Assembly (NCBI GenBank): GCA_000934665.2
Contig: JYFJ02000839.1
Location: 1-64,000 of the forward strand
Length of the DNA: 64,000 nt
Origin: Catajapyx aquilonaris
Lineage: Eukaryota
Direction of reading: 5' to 3'
Part shown: positions 1 to 11,930 of the stretch, in pieces
Position numbering within the stretch: the stretch's first letter is position 1
How the letters are laid out: the number at the start of each line of letters is the position of its first letter
Made by a program: the position numbers and the translations under genes
The notes under the pieces: model-generated
What the model saw: only the letters and a program-made list of their open reading frames with translations
Databases searched by the model: none
What the model was told of the DNA's origin: nothing

Positions 1-247
1 CCCTACCTTGACCCCCACAGAGAAGTACTCCATAAATAGGAGTTGGACTGGTGGGCTCGACCCTCTTTCATCCTATCCTTTGCCTGATCAGGTCCTTCCT
101 TCCTTTCTTCCATCCTATTCCTTCTCACTGTATTTATGTATCATATTGTAATATACTAGTTATTAGCCCACCCTTGTACGTTATTCCCACCTATCCCCGA
201 CGTACCGTTACACGACAAAACTAAAATAAATAAATAAAATAAATAAA
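1..247 (+). mobile_element. Probable 3' UTR/tail of a non-LTR retrotransposon
   Basis: Pyrimidine-rich stretch ending in a (TAAA)n tail at ~222-247; no ORF visible in the window. Confidence 0.35.
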
Positions 248-567
248 TCCCGGTAGTGCTTGGACCCCTCTTGGGGTATTGCTGCACAGACCTTTATTTG
301 CTAACTTGTACAACGTACACAACTGGAACCATTGACGAAGCGCCCGGGCCCACGGGCAAGATACAGGAGGGGATGTGCAAGGTGCCGCAGTGCAATGTCT
401 TAAACGTGGCCATTTTTAGTGAACTCCCCCGGGTGGTTTAGTCTTTAGAAAATACCACCCGAGACGAAGCCAGAGGTGACCCTGAACTCTGCACGAGAAG
501 AAGGGATCGAACCCGGGACCTTAACATCCGTGGGCGCATACGTTACCGCAGCACCACTCCGCCTCCC
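248..567 (-). mobile_element. tRNA-derived SINE, family A
   Basis: Reverse complement aligns with copies at 50346-50674 and 34793-35139; A/B-box head (GGTTCGATCCC). Confidence 0.85.
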
Positions 568-1334
568 ATGCAACGACAAAACTACAGCCACCAAAGCAGA
601 ACTCCTTTCAAATACGATATGCAGATATCTGAAATTGTTATTAATCTTCAGCATGTAGGCTACTGCAGAAAGCTTTCGTGCTATCCCTTCTTTGTGTATT
701 GTCCGAGACAATGACAAGCCGTGTGTTCGTTACGAAAATACGTAGGCTATCTGCAAACAGTCCAACAGTAGTGCATCTTAGGGCATCTTAGGGGCATCTT
801 AGGGACAGCACTGATTTGCATTTCTTGGAAAGAGCTCTTTCCAAGAAATGCAAATCAGTGCTGAAGATACTTTCTCTGCTGTTTTCAAAAGTGCCAGTGA
901 TATTAAAATAATACTAGGAAAATCCTAGCTCCGCTCGCCTTTTCCTAGGGCGCAGGCCTAGAAAACTATTCGCTTCGCTCGCTGTTTTCTAGGCCTGCGG
1001 TGTAGGACATGTTCTTAATGATGCTCACCCAACAATTATCCTCATCATACTCCCCTCCCCCCGACCTCCCCCCTCCTTATATTAAACCTTTGACGGCTAA
1101 TACATCATAATATTACGATGTCCTGATGGTTTGTGAATTTAGCCCTCGAGGATGTGCATAGAGAAGGCGAACTTTTCAGTGTCAAACTCGGTTCAATATG
1201 CTCCTGCCATCTCTTGGATTGTGACTCAAGTACCATGGCAACTCCCCACTGTTCCCGCCAAGTTGAGTCGTATATGCCAAGGTCACGTTGCTCCCACGTG
1301 ATCGTTTATGTAAACATGTTCCCTCAGTAGGCTA

Positions 1335-1862
1335 CAGGGTGCCCCGTAAAGTATGGACTCTTGGGAGTTTTTTTTAAAGTTACCCCGTGATAAGGCGGAG
1401 CCTTTTTAGGGGAGTGGAATACCACCATTTCACTCCATTTTTCTAGATTTTAACTTCAATATCCGGTGCAAGGAGTCAAGGATGTAGGGTAGGGGTAGGG
1501 ATTTTTGGGGAGGGAACATAGGTGCAAGTGCAAGATCTGTAAAGGGGTCATGTGCTGTTCCCCAGGAGAGTAGGTTGCCAGACACCTCCTTGGTGCAGGT
1601 CAGAGACCCTCCTGACGCAGGTGAAAGGAAAGTTCCCCAGGCGGGGATCGAGCCTGGGGCCTTTCACTCAGCAAGCCGAGACGTTACCATCTCGGCCATC
1701 TACACCTCCCCGACCCTTGGGAGTTTATCATAGTACAGTGTTGTGGTAATACTATGTAACCATGAGAATAATGTACCATATAGTCACTGAGTAAACTTGT
1801 GAGGCCTATCGACTCTCTGAGAGCCGGACGATACTAAAAAGTTTATTTTGCGGGACACCCTG
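1335..1862. mobile_element. Tc1/mariner MITE
   Basis: TA|CAGGGTGCCCCG...CGGGACACCCTG|TA termini. Confidence 0.75.
1371..1711 (-). mobile_element. tRNA-derived SINE, family B
   Basis: Similar to 5177-5510 and 61524-61824; 15-bp TSD GAC(T/C)CTTGGGAGTTT at 1356-1370 and 1712-1726. Confidence 0.85.
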
Positions 1863-2074
1863 TATATGAATTTTTCTCCGGCATTTTACAATCAAAAGGA
1901 CCACCACGAATTTAAATGATTAATTTTGGCTCAAAGTTGTTATTCAATAATATCACTCCTACATCGAATTTTGAACAAAAAGAAGGAAAGAGACGGCCCA
2001 AAAACCTGCCAAAAACTTGTGAAAGGGTTAAGGGTGCGCAATTTGAAAATACAGTTCCCATCTGTGGTTCCAAT

Positions 2075-2593
2075 AGGGTCATTCCCACGTGCCACAAAAT
2101 CTCGATCTTGAACCACGTTTCTGACTGGCAAAATCAGGATGTGATCAGGATCGTTTGGTGACTGTTTCCACGGGCCACGTACTTTTCGTGATTTTCGGTG
2201 GAGTGGTCTGTAACCACGCCCACCCGCCTGGCGAAAAAATGACTCTCGCTTCGGCTCCCGGACAAAGGCACGGGTGACTCTACGATAGGCCTGGCTGTAA
2301 TAGCATGGAGGCATGCTATCTACGTTATTACACAGGTCCTGGCTGCCCGCAGAGCGAGGGGGCAGACACGCGGGCAGACGGGGCCAAGCAGGGAGCCGCC
2401 ATGTTGCCCGGTCCGGAGGGGGGAGTGACGTCAGGATCGCGACTCAATAAGGTGGCAGTCAACACTTCTACAAGCTGGCTGCCACAGTCACCTTTGTAAA
2501 CGCGTTCGGGTGGAGGAAGGGCATGTGGGAACACCCCAATCACGATTTTCGGGGGTAAGGATCATGATCCCTGTGGCACGTGGGAATGACCCT
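2075..2593. mobile_element. PIF/Harbinger-like MITE
   Basis: 22-bp perfect TIR AGGGTCATTCCCACGTGCCACA; 3-bp AAT duplication. Confidence 0.75.
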
Positions 2594-4366
2594 AATGATG
2601 GCTGTGATTCAAGGTGGCGAACCGAGCTTACCCAGTGTTTATACAACAAATATACAGCTGGGCGACCCTATACAGTCTGTACACATAGGTACACTGTATT
2701 ACCGATTATTATCCAAGCTAATGACTGCACGGGTGTTGCCAGATAATTGGGAAACACGGACAATCGGAAAATGGTCCTGGAAAGGGAGCTATTCACAGGT
2801 TGTTGATGTGTACAAAGAGCTTGCTGCTTGGTTAATCCAAAAAATAAAACTTACCATAGATTTTTACTTTGCCTTCTAGAGAAAGTATGGTATATATTTT
2901 TTCGTTGGTGAGACATTGATATTGATATTGGGTGGAATTTCCGTACCACTGTTGAGTTATCAGTATGCACTATCCAGCAGTGGGACAAAAATTCGAGATA
3001 TTTTTTCGGACGTAAATGTTTATATTATGGCGATGCACGTGTTATCCTCACCCTGATATAATCGGGAGTACAGTGTAATTGGATTCTATTGTTGGTTGCC
3101 AGTTGTGCCAACTCAATGACCTTCACTGACTGTATAAATAAACAACTTGCCAGTTGGCTGTCTGGAAATCCAACAATATATAGTACGTTCCAGGCTAATA
3201 ATTCGAACGCGTGATATTTGCAACCCGCCTTCTTACGTTCGATTCTACGCATTCGACGGTAGTCAGTTTCCGACACTATACACTGAAAGAAGTGCCTCGA
3301 AGACAGTGTACTGTACTTCCCATCTGTGAAAGCACCGCGCATGGGTAGGCCTACACACGCAGTTCCTAAGCAGCCCGATCAGCAATGGTAGGCTATTACA
3401 TTTGTGGGAATGAAAATTTTGCAAGGATTTTGAGCCCTGTAAGCCGCCAAAATGCTCGAATTTCGAACTTACATTATTCTCCACCCGTCTCCACCAGTGC
3501 CTACGGCCATTTTTCAATAACCATCAGTGACCCGTGGCGAAGGGGGGACAGGTAGCGTAGGTGGGGAAGGGGTAAAGGTCCGGCAGGGGTGACGATGACG
3601 GCGGCGGGAGAGACGAAAAAAAGCGACCTTCTCCCAAGGAGGTCAACATGCGACTGGACGTGTTCCACCCCCATTGCGCATGCTCGGAACGGGAGCCAAT
3701 CGGAGGCGTCGTGGAACAATGCGTCATGGATACGACGCAGCAACAATGGACGGGGGCCAATGGGAAGAGGTGGCGGTAACAATACGCGGCGGCGGACCAA
3801 TCAGAAGGCTCGGCCAAACAACGCAAGCATTTTAATATTATAGATTATAGATGCTTTGAAACTTGAAATTCCAATAATAAGACCAAGAACAACCAGTAGG
3901 CAGACCATGCGAAGCAATAATCCTGCAAACAGCATCTAGGAATACTACAGATCAGTAGGTATATACAGTGTATTGCTTTTCTCGATCCTTCCATTTCCTA
4001 TTTTCAATCAAAATTTACGAAAAATGTTTATAATAAAATTTATAAAAATGTCTTAGAGCCATTTCAATATGTCCTTTCCAATGAAGCTGGCAGATGAAGA
4101 GAAGATGTTTTTGATACTGTTAAAAAATTTGCAGATTTTGAAGGCCTGAGTGCCAGAATTGAGGGTGAGAGTAGTAGAGAATGTACCATTATTGTACATA
4201 CACACAACAATAAAATACTCTTGTCTACCTTGTGAGTATAGCCAGACCCGGTAACCATGGTTGTGTGATGTTATAAATCAGCTGAGAGACCATAATTATT
4301 GTGAGCTGCTCGTCCTTACCTCCCAATTTCTGGAAGGACTGAGCCACCTCCACCTACTCCTTCAAA

Positions 4367-7300
4367 ATGTTTCCAGCTTACGAGTCCGTCAGGCTGCTCC
4401 AGGCATTCACCATATATGAGGTAACAGAGAGAGCTTTGCACTTCCTTTATGTTCAAATTCCAAAAAGGCAATGGGGGCTAATGAAAAATGAACTGAAATT
4501 GTACAGCACTCGCTTATTGTTGTAGAGCTCAGTGCAGCAGGGCCCGTCGGACATAGAGAAGTTGCGTACGAACGATAAACCTGCTTCAGATATGTGCTGC
4601 ACTATTCTCAAGCGATTGATTGAACACGCAATCGTGAATGACAAATTGATGAAAGAAGCTCAGCGGTTCAGGAGTAAGCTGACAAGCTTGTGGCTCGCTG
4701 ACCAAAGGGAGGCAAGAACCAAACCAAAAATAATTGATGAACTTGATTATGCTGAGGGAAGAGAGAACGGCATACCTCGGCATCGACTAGCAAAGCTCAT
4801 GATTACTTGCTGTCCAAAAAAGTTGGAGGACAGTTTCGATGTTGATGACAAGAAACTGGAGATAGTAAGTCATTTAGTATTCATTTTAATAATACAGCAG
4901 GGCTATTGAAATGCCTCATTCCCATTGCTGCCAGGGGAATTCTTGAATTATGCACCAAATGCTTCCATTACTGTTGTAGTCTGTGGCATAAAAGTGTATT
5001 TCTTTTTATTTAATAATACGATGCAATCATGCATATTCTGTTAAACAATTATTGTAGTCGGTTTTTGCTGTTTTATATGAACTCTGAGTAGGTATACATT
5101 ATTTTCTGTGACTAGTTCTTGAAAATTCCAAAGTTGCCCCTTAACGTTCATAATAATCATGGACATGATTTTTTAATGCTATCCAGTGATAGGGCCAGAG
5201 GCCCTTTTAGAGGGGTGGTGTGCCACCATTTTTTCCCCTCAATTTTCTGCATTTTCTTCCACTCCAGTGCAAGGAATCAAGAACATAGGGTAAGGATAGG
5301 GATTTTTTGGGGAGGGAACATGGGTGCAAGTGCAATGTCTGAAAAGGGGGCATGTGCTGTTCCCCAGGAGGTTAGGTTGCCAGACACCTCCAAGGTGCGG
5401 GTGAGAGATCCTCCTGACGCAGGTGAAAGGGAACTCCCAGGCCGAGATCGAACCTGGGACCTTTCACTCAACAAGCCGAGACGTTATCATCTCGGCCACC
5501 ACACCTCCCCTGTGGACAGGATATTTTAAAACCACAAAAAGTCTCTAAAGAAAACGTCAATTATTGGCAATGTTATTACTGTATGTACTGTACCGGTATT
5601 AAGAAAAATTATCATATTCTTGCCCAGAAAAGAATGAGATTCTTAATGCATATATCTGATCTGGTGCAACAGGCCCTTCAGAACTCAGAAATACAATAAG
5701 ACATCTGAGCCATGTAAATCAAGTGGTTGCATATGCTTACATGCTGTGTAAATTAGTCCAGTGTCCTGTGCTTTTATCCAGCTTCATATTCACATCTTTT
5801 GATTTCCGAGTTATCTTACCAGAAGTTCCTCTCTCCACCCCCAAATGTTTGAGAATGTAATCAATTCCAGCAGGATTAGCTCATGAGCATGTGGTTCCCA
5901 GCCTTTATTTCTTCATGAAGCCCCCCTTTTCGTTTTCACCAAACACTCACGCCCATCCCCCCCCCCCCCCCCCCCCCCCCCCCCNTCCCCGGTCCCAATT
6001 TAATTTGCCCTGAAAACCCATTTCACCCATAGTTATATGGTCAGAGCTTATTCTAATGATTTTTTAGAACTGCACAAAAGGCCTGCTGAACTTGTCGCAA
6101 GAGGGCAAATGAGAAAATAAGTGGCAACATGCTCGCCGCAGGCGAAATTTTTCTTGTTGTTCAAGGTCACACAAGCTTAGGTGAATGTACCGTAACTGAC
6201 AAAGTACAGTGGAATTCTCCTATACTGTAAGCACATCCGATATAAGCAAGTAGAAAGTTCGGTCGGTCCCTTCATATTTCCAGCAGTGCCAAAACTGCCA
6301 ATGTGTAAGTACACAGTTGAATCCGGATATAACAGACTTTGTCTGCAATTTTCTGAGTGCACAAATCCTCATTCAGAACTGCACATTTGGCTTTTAGAAC
6401 AGCACAAATTGTGTAGAACTGCACACTACCCTGTGGTTGTGGCGCATATTGACAATTTCCAAATAAAATAATATATGACCAGATTTTATTCCAACCTATA
6501 ATTACTGTTTTAATCAATGAGAATGTTGACACTGATTTTTCTTTATGAGCACAGCATTTCTTGGTTTCACAGATGAGTGGGTCAGAATAATAATGGCATA
6601 TCCCAATCACAAATGTTTTTGAGATATTCGAGGTTTAAATGTGTGCAGAATAATACTTTTTAATGTAGACATATCAATGTAAATGTGGATTTAATAGAAA
6701 GGTATGGCTCCAAACTGGCTCCAACTTATGGAACTGATTCATTGATGTATCTTGCAATCACAGCCACCGAAAACTCAAATTCGACCCTTGGGTGGGATAT
6801 GCCATTATTATTCTGACCCACTCAGATGAAAAGTGCACTCTCCACATTCAGGAAATTCCGGTATTTTGTTTTCATTGAGACAAGTAGGCCTACTGATAAC
6901 CCAGATTCACAGGGATAGGTTGATGAAAATGGAATGATTACATGCATTGCTTCTTCTCTTTCAGTAAATGGGGTGGTATTTCAGCCAAAATTCTTCCACA
7001 CACATACGTAGCTTGAAAATCATCATTCACATTTGAGTCACATAATTATATCAATATTATATCTAGTTATTGCATAGAATCAGGCAAGGAATCCACATTA
7101 ATGCCAAATGAATAATTCTCCGCCAAATGCCAAATGGGATTAACTGATCCATGGTGGAATCTGGAAAATAGTGGGTGAACTCCTCTGCGATATGCGAATT
7201 ACTTTGTTCTGTAGGTTCAAATAATGCTGGTGATGCTCCTGGACATCCTGGTTCCCAGATGGCTTTGCTTAAGTGAGGGTATGACAAAAAGATTCTTGCT

Positions 7301-10300
7301 TAAAGTCAACAATTTCACAGATGAATTTTATCAATGAATGCTCTGAGGGCATAATAGGCATTTTTGCGGTTACTCTTTTAAAGATAATATTAAGTCTGAA
7401 TATCTTGAAATTGCCCAGGTTTTAAAATGACAATGCCGTTATTCCAAAATTCAGATGTTCTTTTCAATGTACTGCAAACTTGTAAAATTGAAATGTATTG
7501 CTAGCCAGCGTAGAAGGACTGACCGCATTGTGAATGCTGCATCCTGGAAAATTAGCTAGAATGTGATATATCAGGCTGAAAGATTACGGGTTGTTTATGG
7601 AATTTTATGGTAGGCCCTCGGGTAGGCCTGTTCTTACCTCTTTTGACAAATGCTTTGGCAGTAAGATAGGTTACTGGAAATGTTGTCAATGAGACGAGCA
7701 TATCTTGCTTTGTGAGGAAAGAGGCAATCCAGATGACTGACATTATTTTTGTCCTCTAGGTTCAAATAATGCTGGCCATGCTCTTGGTTCCCAGCTTGGT
7801 CTGCTAGAACTTTGTTAAGATAAGAGAATGACGAAATGTTTTCTTCTTGTTATGCTGGTTATATTGGGGACAAGTAGTGGTGTCAATTTAAGCCTGAGGT
7901 CTTTCTCAACACAGAGTCGATGATGGTACTTTGTTTTCATGGATGTTACTGAAAAACAGCTTCACATAAAGAGGTAGTTAGTAAATAGCATTAAGTACTT
8001 CAGAGCACTGCATGATAGTTGCCAGGGCCAGATAGTCATCCATATAATTATTCAGTCCAAAGGTTCAGAAGAGTACAGTAAAACTTCTATAAGTCGAACT
8101 TCCCTAAGTCGAAGTTCTCTATAAGTCGAAGAAAATAATGAGCTTGGTTGGTCACAATGTAAAATAATAGGAAATAAACTTACCTAACTCGAATTTCTAT
8201 TACTCGAAGTTCTCCATAACTCGAAGTGATGGCGGGGACTTTCGATGGGATATCAATGCATTTTCAGTCTCCCTAAGTCGAAGTTCATATTGGTGAGTAA
8301 GGAAAATTTTCTCATTTCCCAGCCGAAGGGTCGAGAGTAGGCCACAGGCACAGAAAGGCTCAATTTCCTGATCTCCGTCTACCACATGTACCGAAAGAAG
8401 TGTTTGACTCGATTGTGACAATTGAATCCTTGAATTTAAGAGTAGGCAAATGTCCATTATGGAGATATTTTTTTACAACAAAACCACGAGGAACATTATA
8501 AGTGTGATAGTGACACTTATTTTTAAGTTTTGAAAACCTTTCGTCTCTGGATATAAAGGTAGGCTTCCTCATAGTTATGTGCTTTAAAAAATCCAAACTC
8601 AAATATTCTATAACTCGAAGTTTCTTCCCGGTCCCATGGAGATGGAGTTTTACTGTATTTTCAAATTTCAAAAACGTCCATTCGTAGAAATGATGACCTG
8701 TTCTGATTCTACACTGATATGTTCGGAAGGGGTAAAGAAATCTGCAACTCCTGATACAATAATTGATTGTCCATTTCGAAAAAATAATTTCTAAACTATT
8801 GTGTCAATATATTGATTCAATGTACTGACGTCCAATGGGTCTCCACTGGTGCTTTGAAATTCTTCGAGTGTTGAAAAACAAGAAAAGTTGCTACAGTATT
8901 GTATACAACATTTTCCCCAAAACTGAAATTTTTTGATCAATCCTTCGATTTTGCTTTGCACATTAAATATATTGGCGGGGATGTTTTGTCTTGAAGTCCC
9001 CCGTTTCATTCATTGAGAGTCGAAAAAATTTTGGCCAGGGAGATCAGCCTCTGCAGCCACAGTTTATTTTAAAATCCTTCACAATGTTTCAAATAAATCT
9101 CAATGATAGAACCAGTTGTTAGAGTTAACACTGTCATGTTGCTTCTTGAGTTTCAACGTGTGTGCTGAATGAAAATGGCAGCAGTCAGAAAATGCCTCTG
9201 CATATAATAAATCTCCACGAAAATATTTATAGCAAAAAGAAAGATGGGAATGACTAGGACCATTTTTTGTGTTTTTCTCGTAATTAAATTGGTTCATTCT
9301 TGTTGAAAGAATAATATGGTTCCCACAAATGTAGAGACTGGACACCATTGCACGATATCTTTCGCGTACCACCAAAATTGTGTTCGCATACGCCAGTTTG
9401 AAAACCACTGCTATAGAGCATAGGTAGGCCTACTTCACAGTACCTCTCTGTGTGCTGTTTTCAGGATAAATCGGGTAATAAATTATTTGAAACTAAAGGA
9501 GCAAGCATATATGTTACATTATTTTACATATTTCTCATGGCCTCACGCCCCCCTGAAACTCTGTAATGCCCCCCAGGTTGGGAACCAGATCTTTGTCCCA
9601 TGTGAGTAGTACCTACTTTTGCCCCTTGTAGACATTTGCTCTCCTTTTTATTATGACATGACCAGATCATTTTCCCTGGTTTCCGGTGATATGTTAGTAA
9701 TATGATCCACACCTGTGACAACTTGTAGCATAAAGGGGCCATTCTTCACACAGAGTGGCAGATTAAATTTTTTGATGTCCTAAGAACATTGGTTTATAAA
9801 AATCCACCTTTCTCACATTGCAGCCCAAATGTGGAAGGACCCAGTCTGATCAAATGGAGTTCTGGACTGTCCACAAATTGTCGGAAACAGCCATAGATCT
9901 TCTGGACGAATGGACAAAAGGAATCCAAACAACTATGGGCCAGTTAGTCGAGAATATGCAAAAGATCCACTGCAAATTCTATAACACAATGAAGGCTCGT
10001 CTGATACGAAAGGCGAAAGAAATGTCATCAGTCTCCCCAGAGGTAAAACCAATCTATTCCAAGCAAGGTGTACTTTTCCATGTACGTATTAAAATTGGAA
10101 ATAATTTTTCTCTTCATACATTCACAGGTCAATTGGGCGAGTCCTCATCAAGCCATGACCCTGTTACGTGAGTGGGCCATTGAAATAGAGACACTGCACT
10201 TCCAGTGGGTTACTATGAAGTGCCCTACCCTGACCAAATCTCTAAGAGATTTTCTCAGGCTGTGGCAGGAAAACCCCCTTTTTACCCACAAAGTCGTAAC

Positions 10301-11930
10301 TTTAGTGGAAAAGTGTTCTCTCTTGAAGACACTGCAAGATCACTTTGACCTTGAGCTAACTTGTGTCATGTGTGAAGCAGCAGTAGATCTGTATGATTTT
10401 TTTTTGCAAGGACAGGACTTCATGACTAGTTTAACAGTGCAAGGCATCAGGATACCTCTGGTACGTCATAATTGCTGCCCCATTGTGCTTCTGTTCCACT
10501 AGCATCTCTTGTAATATATAAGTGATTGTCAGCCAGAACAAAAATGGTCCAGATTTGGATCAATTTTCACAATTTTTAAATTGCACACTTGTAAACGACA
10601 AGGGTGGGCAGACTCTACCTAGCAGTGCAGAGAAAGATATTAGATTATAGTCAGTGTACCCTATTAAACAACAAAATGATGACTTTAATGATCATGGAAT
10701 TGAGTAGGATAACTAAGTATCTTGGGAATGGGCTTCTTATTGATATATTCATGTGAATCTATTGGCACTTGATGCAGGCAATTTTATCCCTCCCATGTTG
10801 ATTGTATTGCACCAGAACATTATGCGTGCACACCCAGCAAAGAATTAGTCCTGTGGATGGTCACATGGCTCATTCCCACCTGCCATTCCCACTCACCCCT
10901 TCCCTTGGTACTATACTCCTGCCCGACAATCAACAATGCCTTATTGGTTGGGCTACAGGCTACATTTTGCGCCCTTGCTTGCGTGCATGACTAGCACCCA
11001 TAAATACAACCCCCTTCTCCTCATGAACACAGGCAGGAAAGCATACTTCTAAAAATGTTATTCCCTTGTGCTAGTTGTCAGCCATGAGCACACATGTGCT
11101 TGAATAGCCTTTGTTCCCACAAAAAATAATTCCCCTTTTGCTCACATGCGACTTTCTTATGGCATGACACCAGGACTCCAGTGCCATAAAGGGGTGCATG
11201 CAACCTTCTGATATGAATCTAGATATGGCAATACATAACTTACTATGCTGACTTGAATTTCAACATATTACAGATCACGGTGAATCCTGAATATGCACTG
11301 GAGATTCAAGGTGTTAAATACCAATCCCCAAGTACAGAAGAAACCCAAGATTCATTTGATGCAATTTGGGACTTGAGAAATAAAATGAAGAAAGAACCAC
11401 TTAAGAATCCTGTTGATGCATATCCTCATGCTCAATACCAATACAGCCCAGAGCATTTGGCTGCTGTCAAGGCTTCCGAAGAATGTATTTACGGTACTGC
11501 TAATCTTGGAAACTTCAGTAATATTAGTAGAAATGCCATCAATAGCAGCAACCACCACAGCTGTTCCTGCAGCACCTGGAGGACAAGTACTGCCAGCAGC
11601 CGCAGTGCTAGAAGTAGTGCCAGTGATGGAAGCAGTGCCAGTGATGGAAGCAGTGCCAGTGATGGAAGCAGTGCCAGTGATGGAAGCAGTGCCAGTGATG
11701 GAAGCAGTTCCAGTGATGGAAGCTGTTCCAGTGATGGAAGCTGTTCCAGTGATGGAAGCAGTACCAGTGGTGGAAGCAGTGCCAGTGATGGATATGAAAC
11801 TATCCCTAGCGTTGCCACTTGCAATAGTAGTGCAGGCATATCTGATGCAAGTATCAGCTCCTCCAACTCCAGTGTGACCACCCCTCTTTCAAAAAGGTGC
11901 CTTACCGAAGAGGAGGTCAAGCTGAATTAG
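4367..11930 (+). CDS. Uncharacterised spliced helical protein (~533 aa) with Ser-rich repeat; may be a truncated or pseudogenised copy of a larger gene
   Basis: Exons 4367-4420, 4526-4864, 9824-10042, 10128-10460, 11274-11930 are joined by GT-AG phase-0 introns into one open frame (1602 nt). Start context CAAAATG; AATAAA at 12147. Start and end are uncertain (see findings). Confidence 0.65.
5177..5510 (-). mobile_element. tRNA-derived SINE, family B
   Basis: Homologous to 1371-1711; degenerate TSD TGGACA(T/G)GAT(T/A)TTTTAA at 5160-5176 and 5513-5529. Confidence 0.85.
6575..6823. mobile_element. Sola2-like MITE
   Basis: Perfect 31-bp TIR starting GAGTGGGTCAGAATAATAATGGCATATCCCA; 4-bp TSD AGAT. 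Confidence 0.7.
7820..9410 (-). mobile_element. hAT (Charlie/Buster) transposon relic
   Basis: TIR CAGTGGTTTTCAAACTGG ending at 9410; peptides [26 protein letters not shown] and dimerisation-domain [27 protein letters not shown]; split by MITE 8076-8655. Confidence 0.75.
8076..8655. mobile_element. pogo/Tigger-like MITE
   Basis: TA|CAGTAAAACT...AGTTTTACTG|TA; internal repeats of CTATAA(G/C)TCGAAG. Confidence 0.75.
11613..11792 (+). repeat. Coding minisatellite, 10 x 18 bp (AGCAGTGCCAGTGATGGA; SSASDG)
   Basis: Units counted directly. Confidence 0.95.

Larger units (their letters stand above)
904..3851 (-). mobile_element. Non-autonomous Helitron-like element (~2.95 kb) carrying nested insertions
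   Basis: Minus-strand 5' end TCTATAATCTATAATATTAAAATG follows a host A; 3' end CTAG (914-917) is preceded by hairpins; no TSD; removing it restores the hAT frame. Confidence 0.7.
575..3990 (+). pseudogene. Degraded hAT transposase fragment (PRKRIR/ZMYM1-like group) in two pieces, 575-904 and 3853-3990
   Basis: Translates as DKTTATKAELLSNTIC..YLQTV..FQEMQISAEDTFSAVFKSASDI | ALKLEIPIIRPRTTSRQTMRSNNPANSI*EYYRS..AFLD, matching the PR..RQ..R.N.P....EYYR...FLD block of this family; contains stops and frameshifts. Confidence 0.7.

Noticed and set aside
4094..4096. Selenocysteine TGA
   Set aside because: No SECIS identified; nearby frameshift favours decay or UTR.
6950..7750. MULE transposase relic on the minus strand
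   Set aside because: Only faint motif hints (FPGCSIH); too degraded to support.
11613..11792. CRISPR array
   Set aside because: Contiguous tandem units with no spacers; eukaryotic context.
11413..11920. Separate VMEAVP and LLPSLA repeat proteins
   Set aside because: Alternative frames of the 18-bp repeat.
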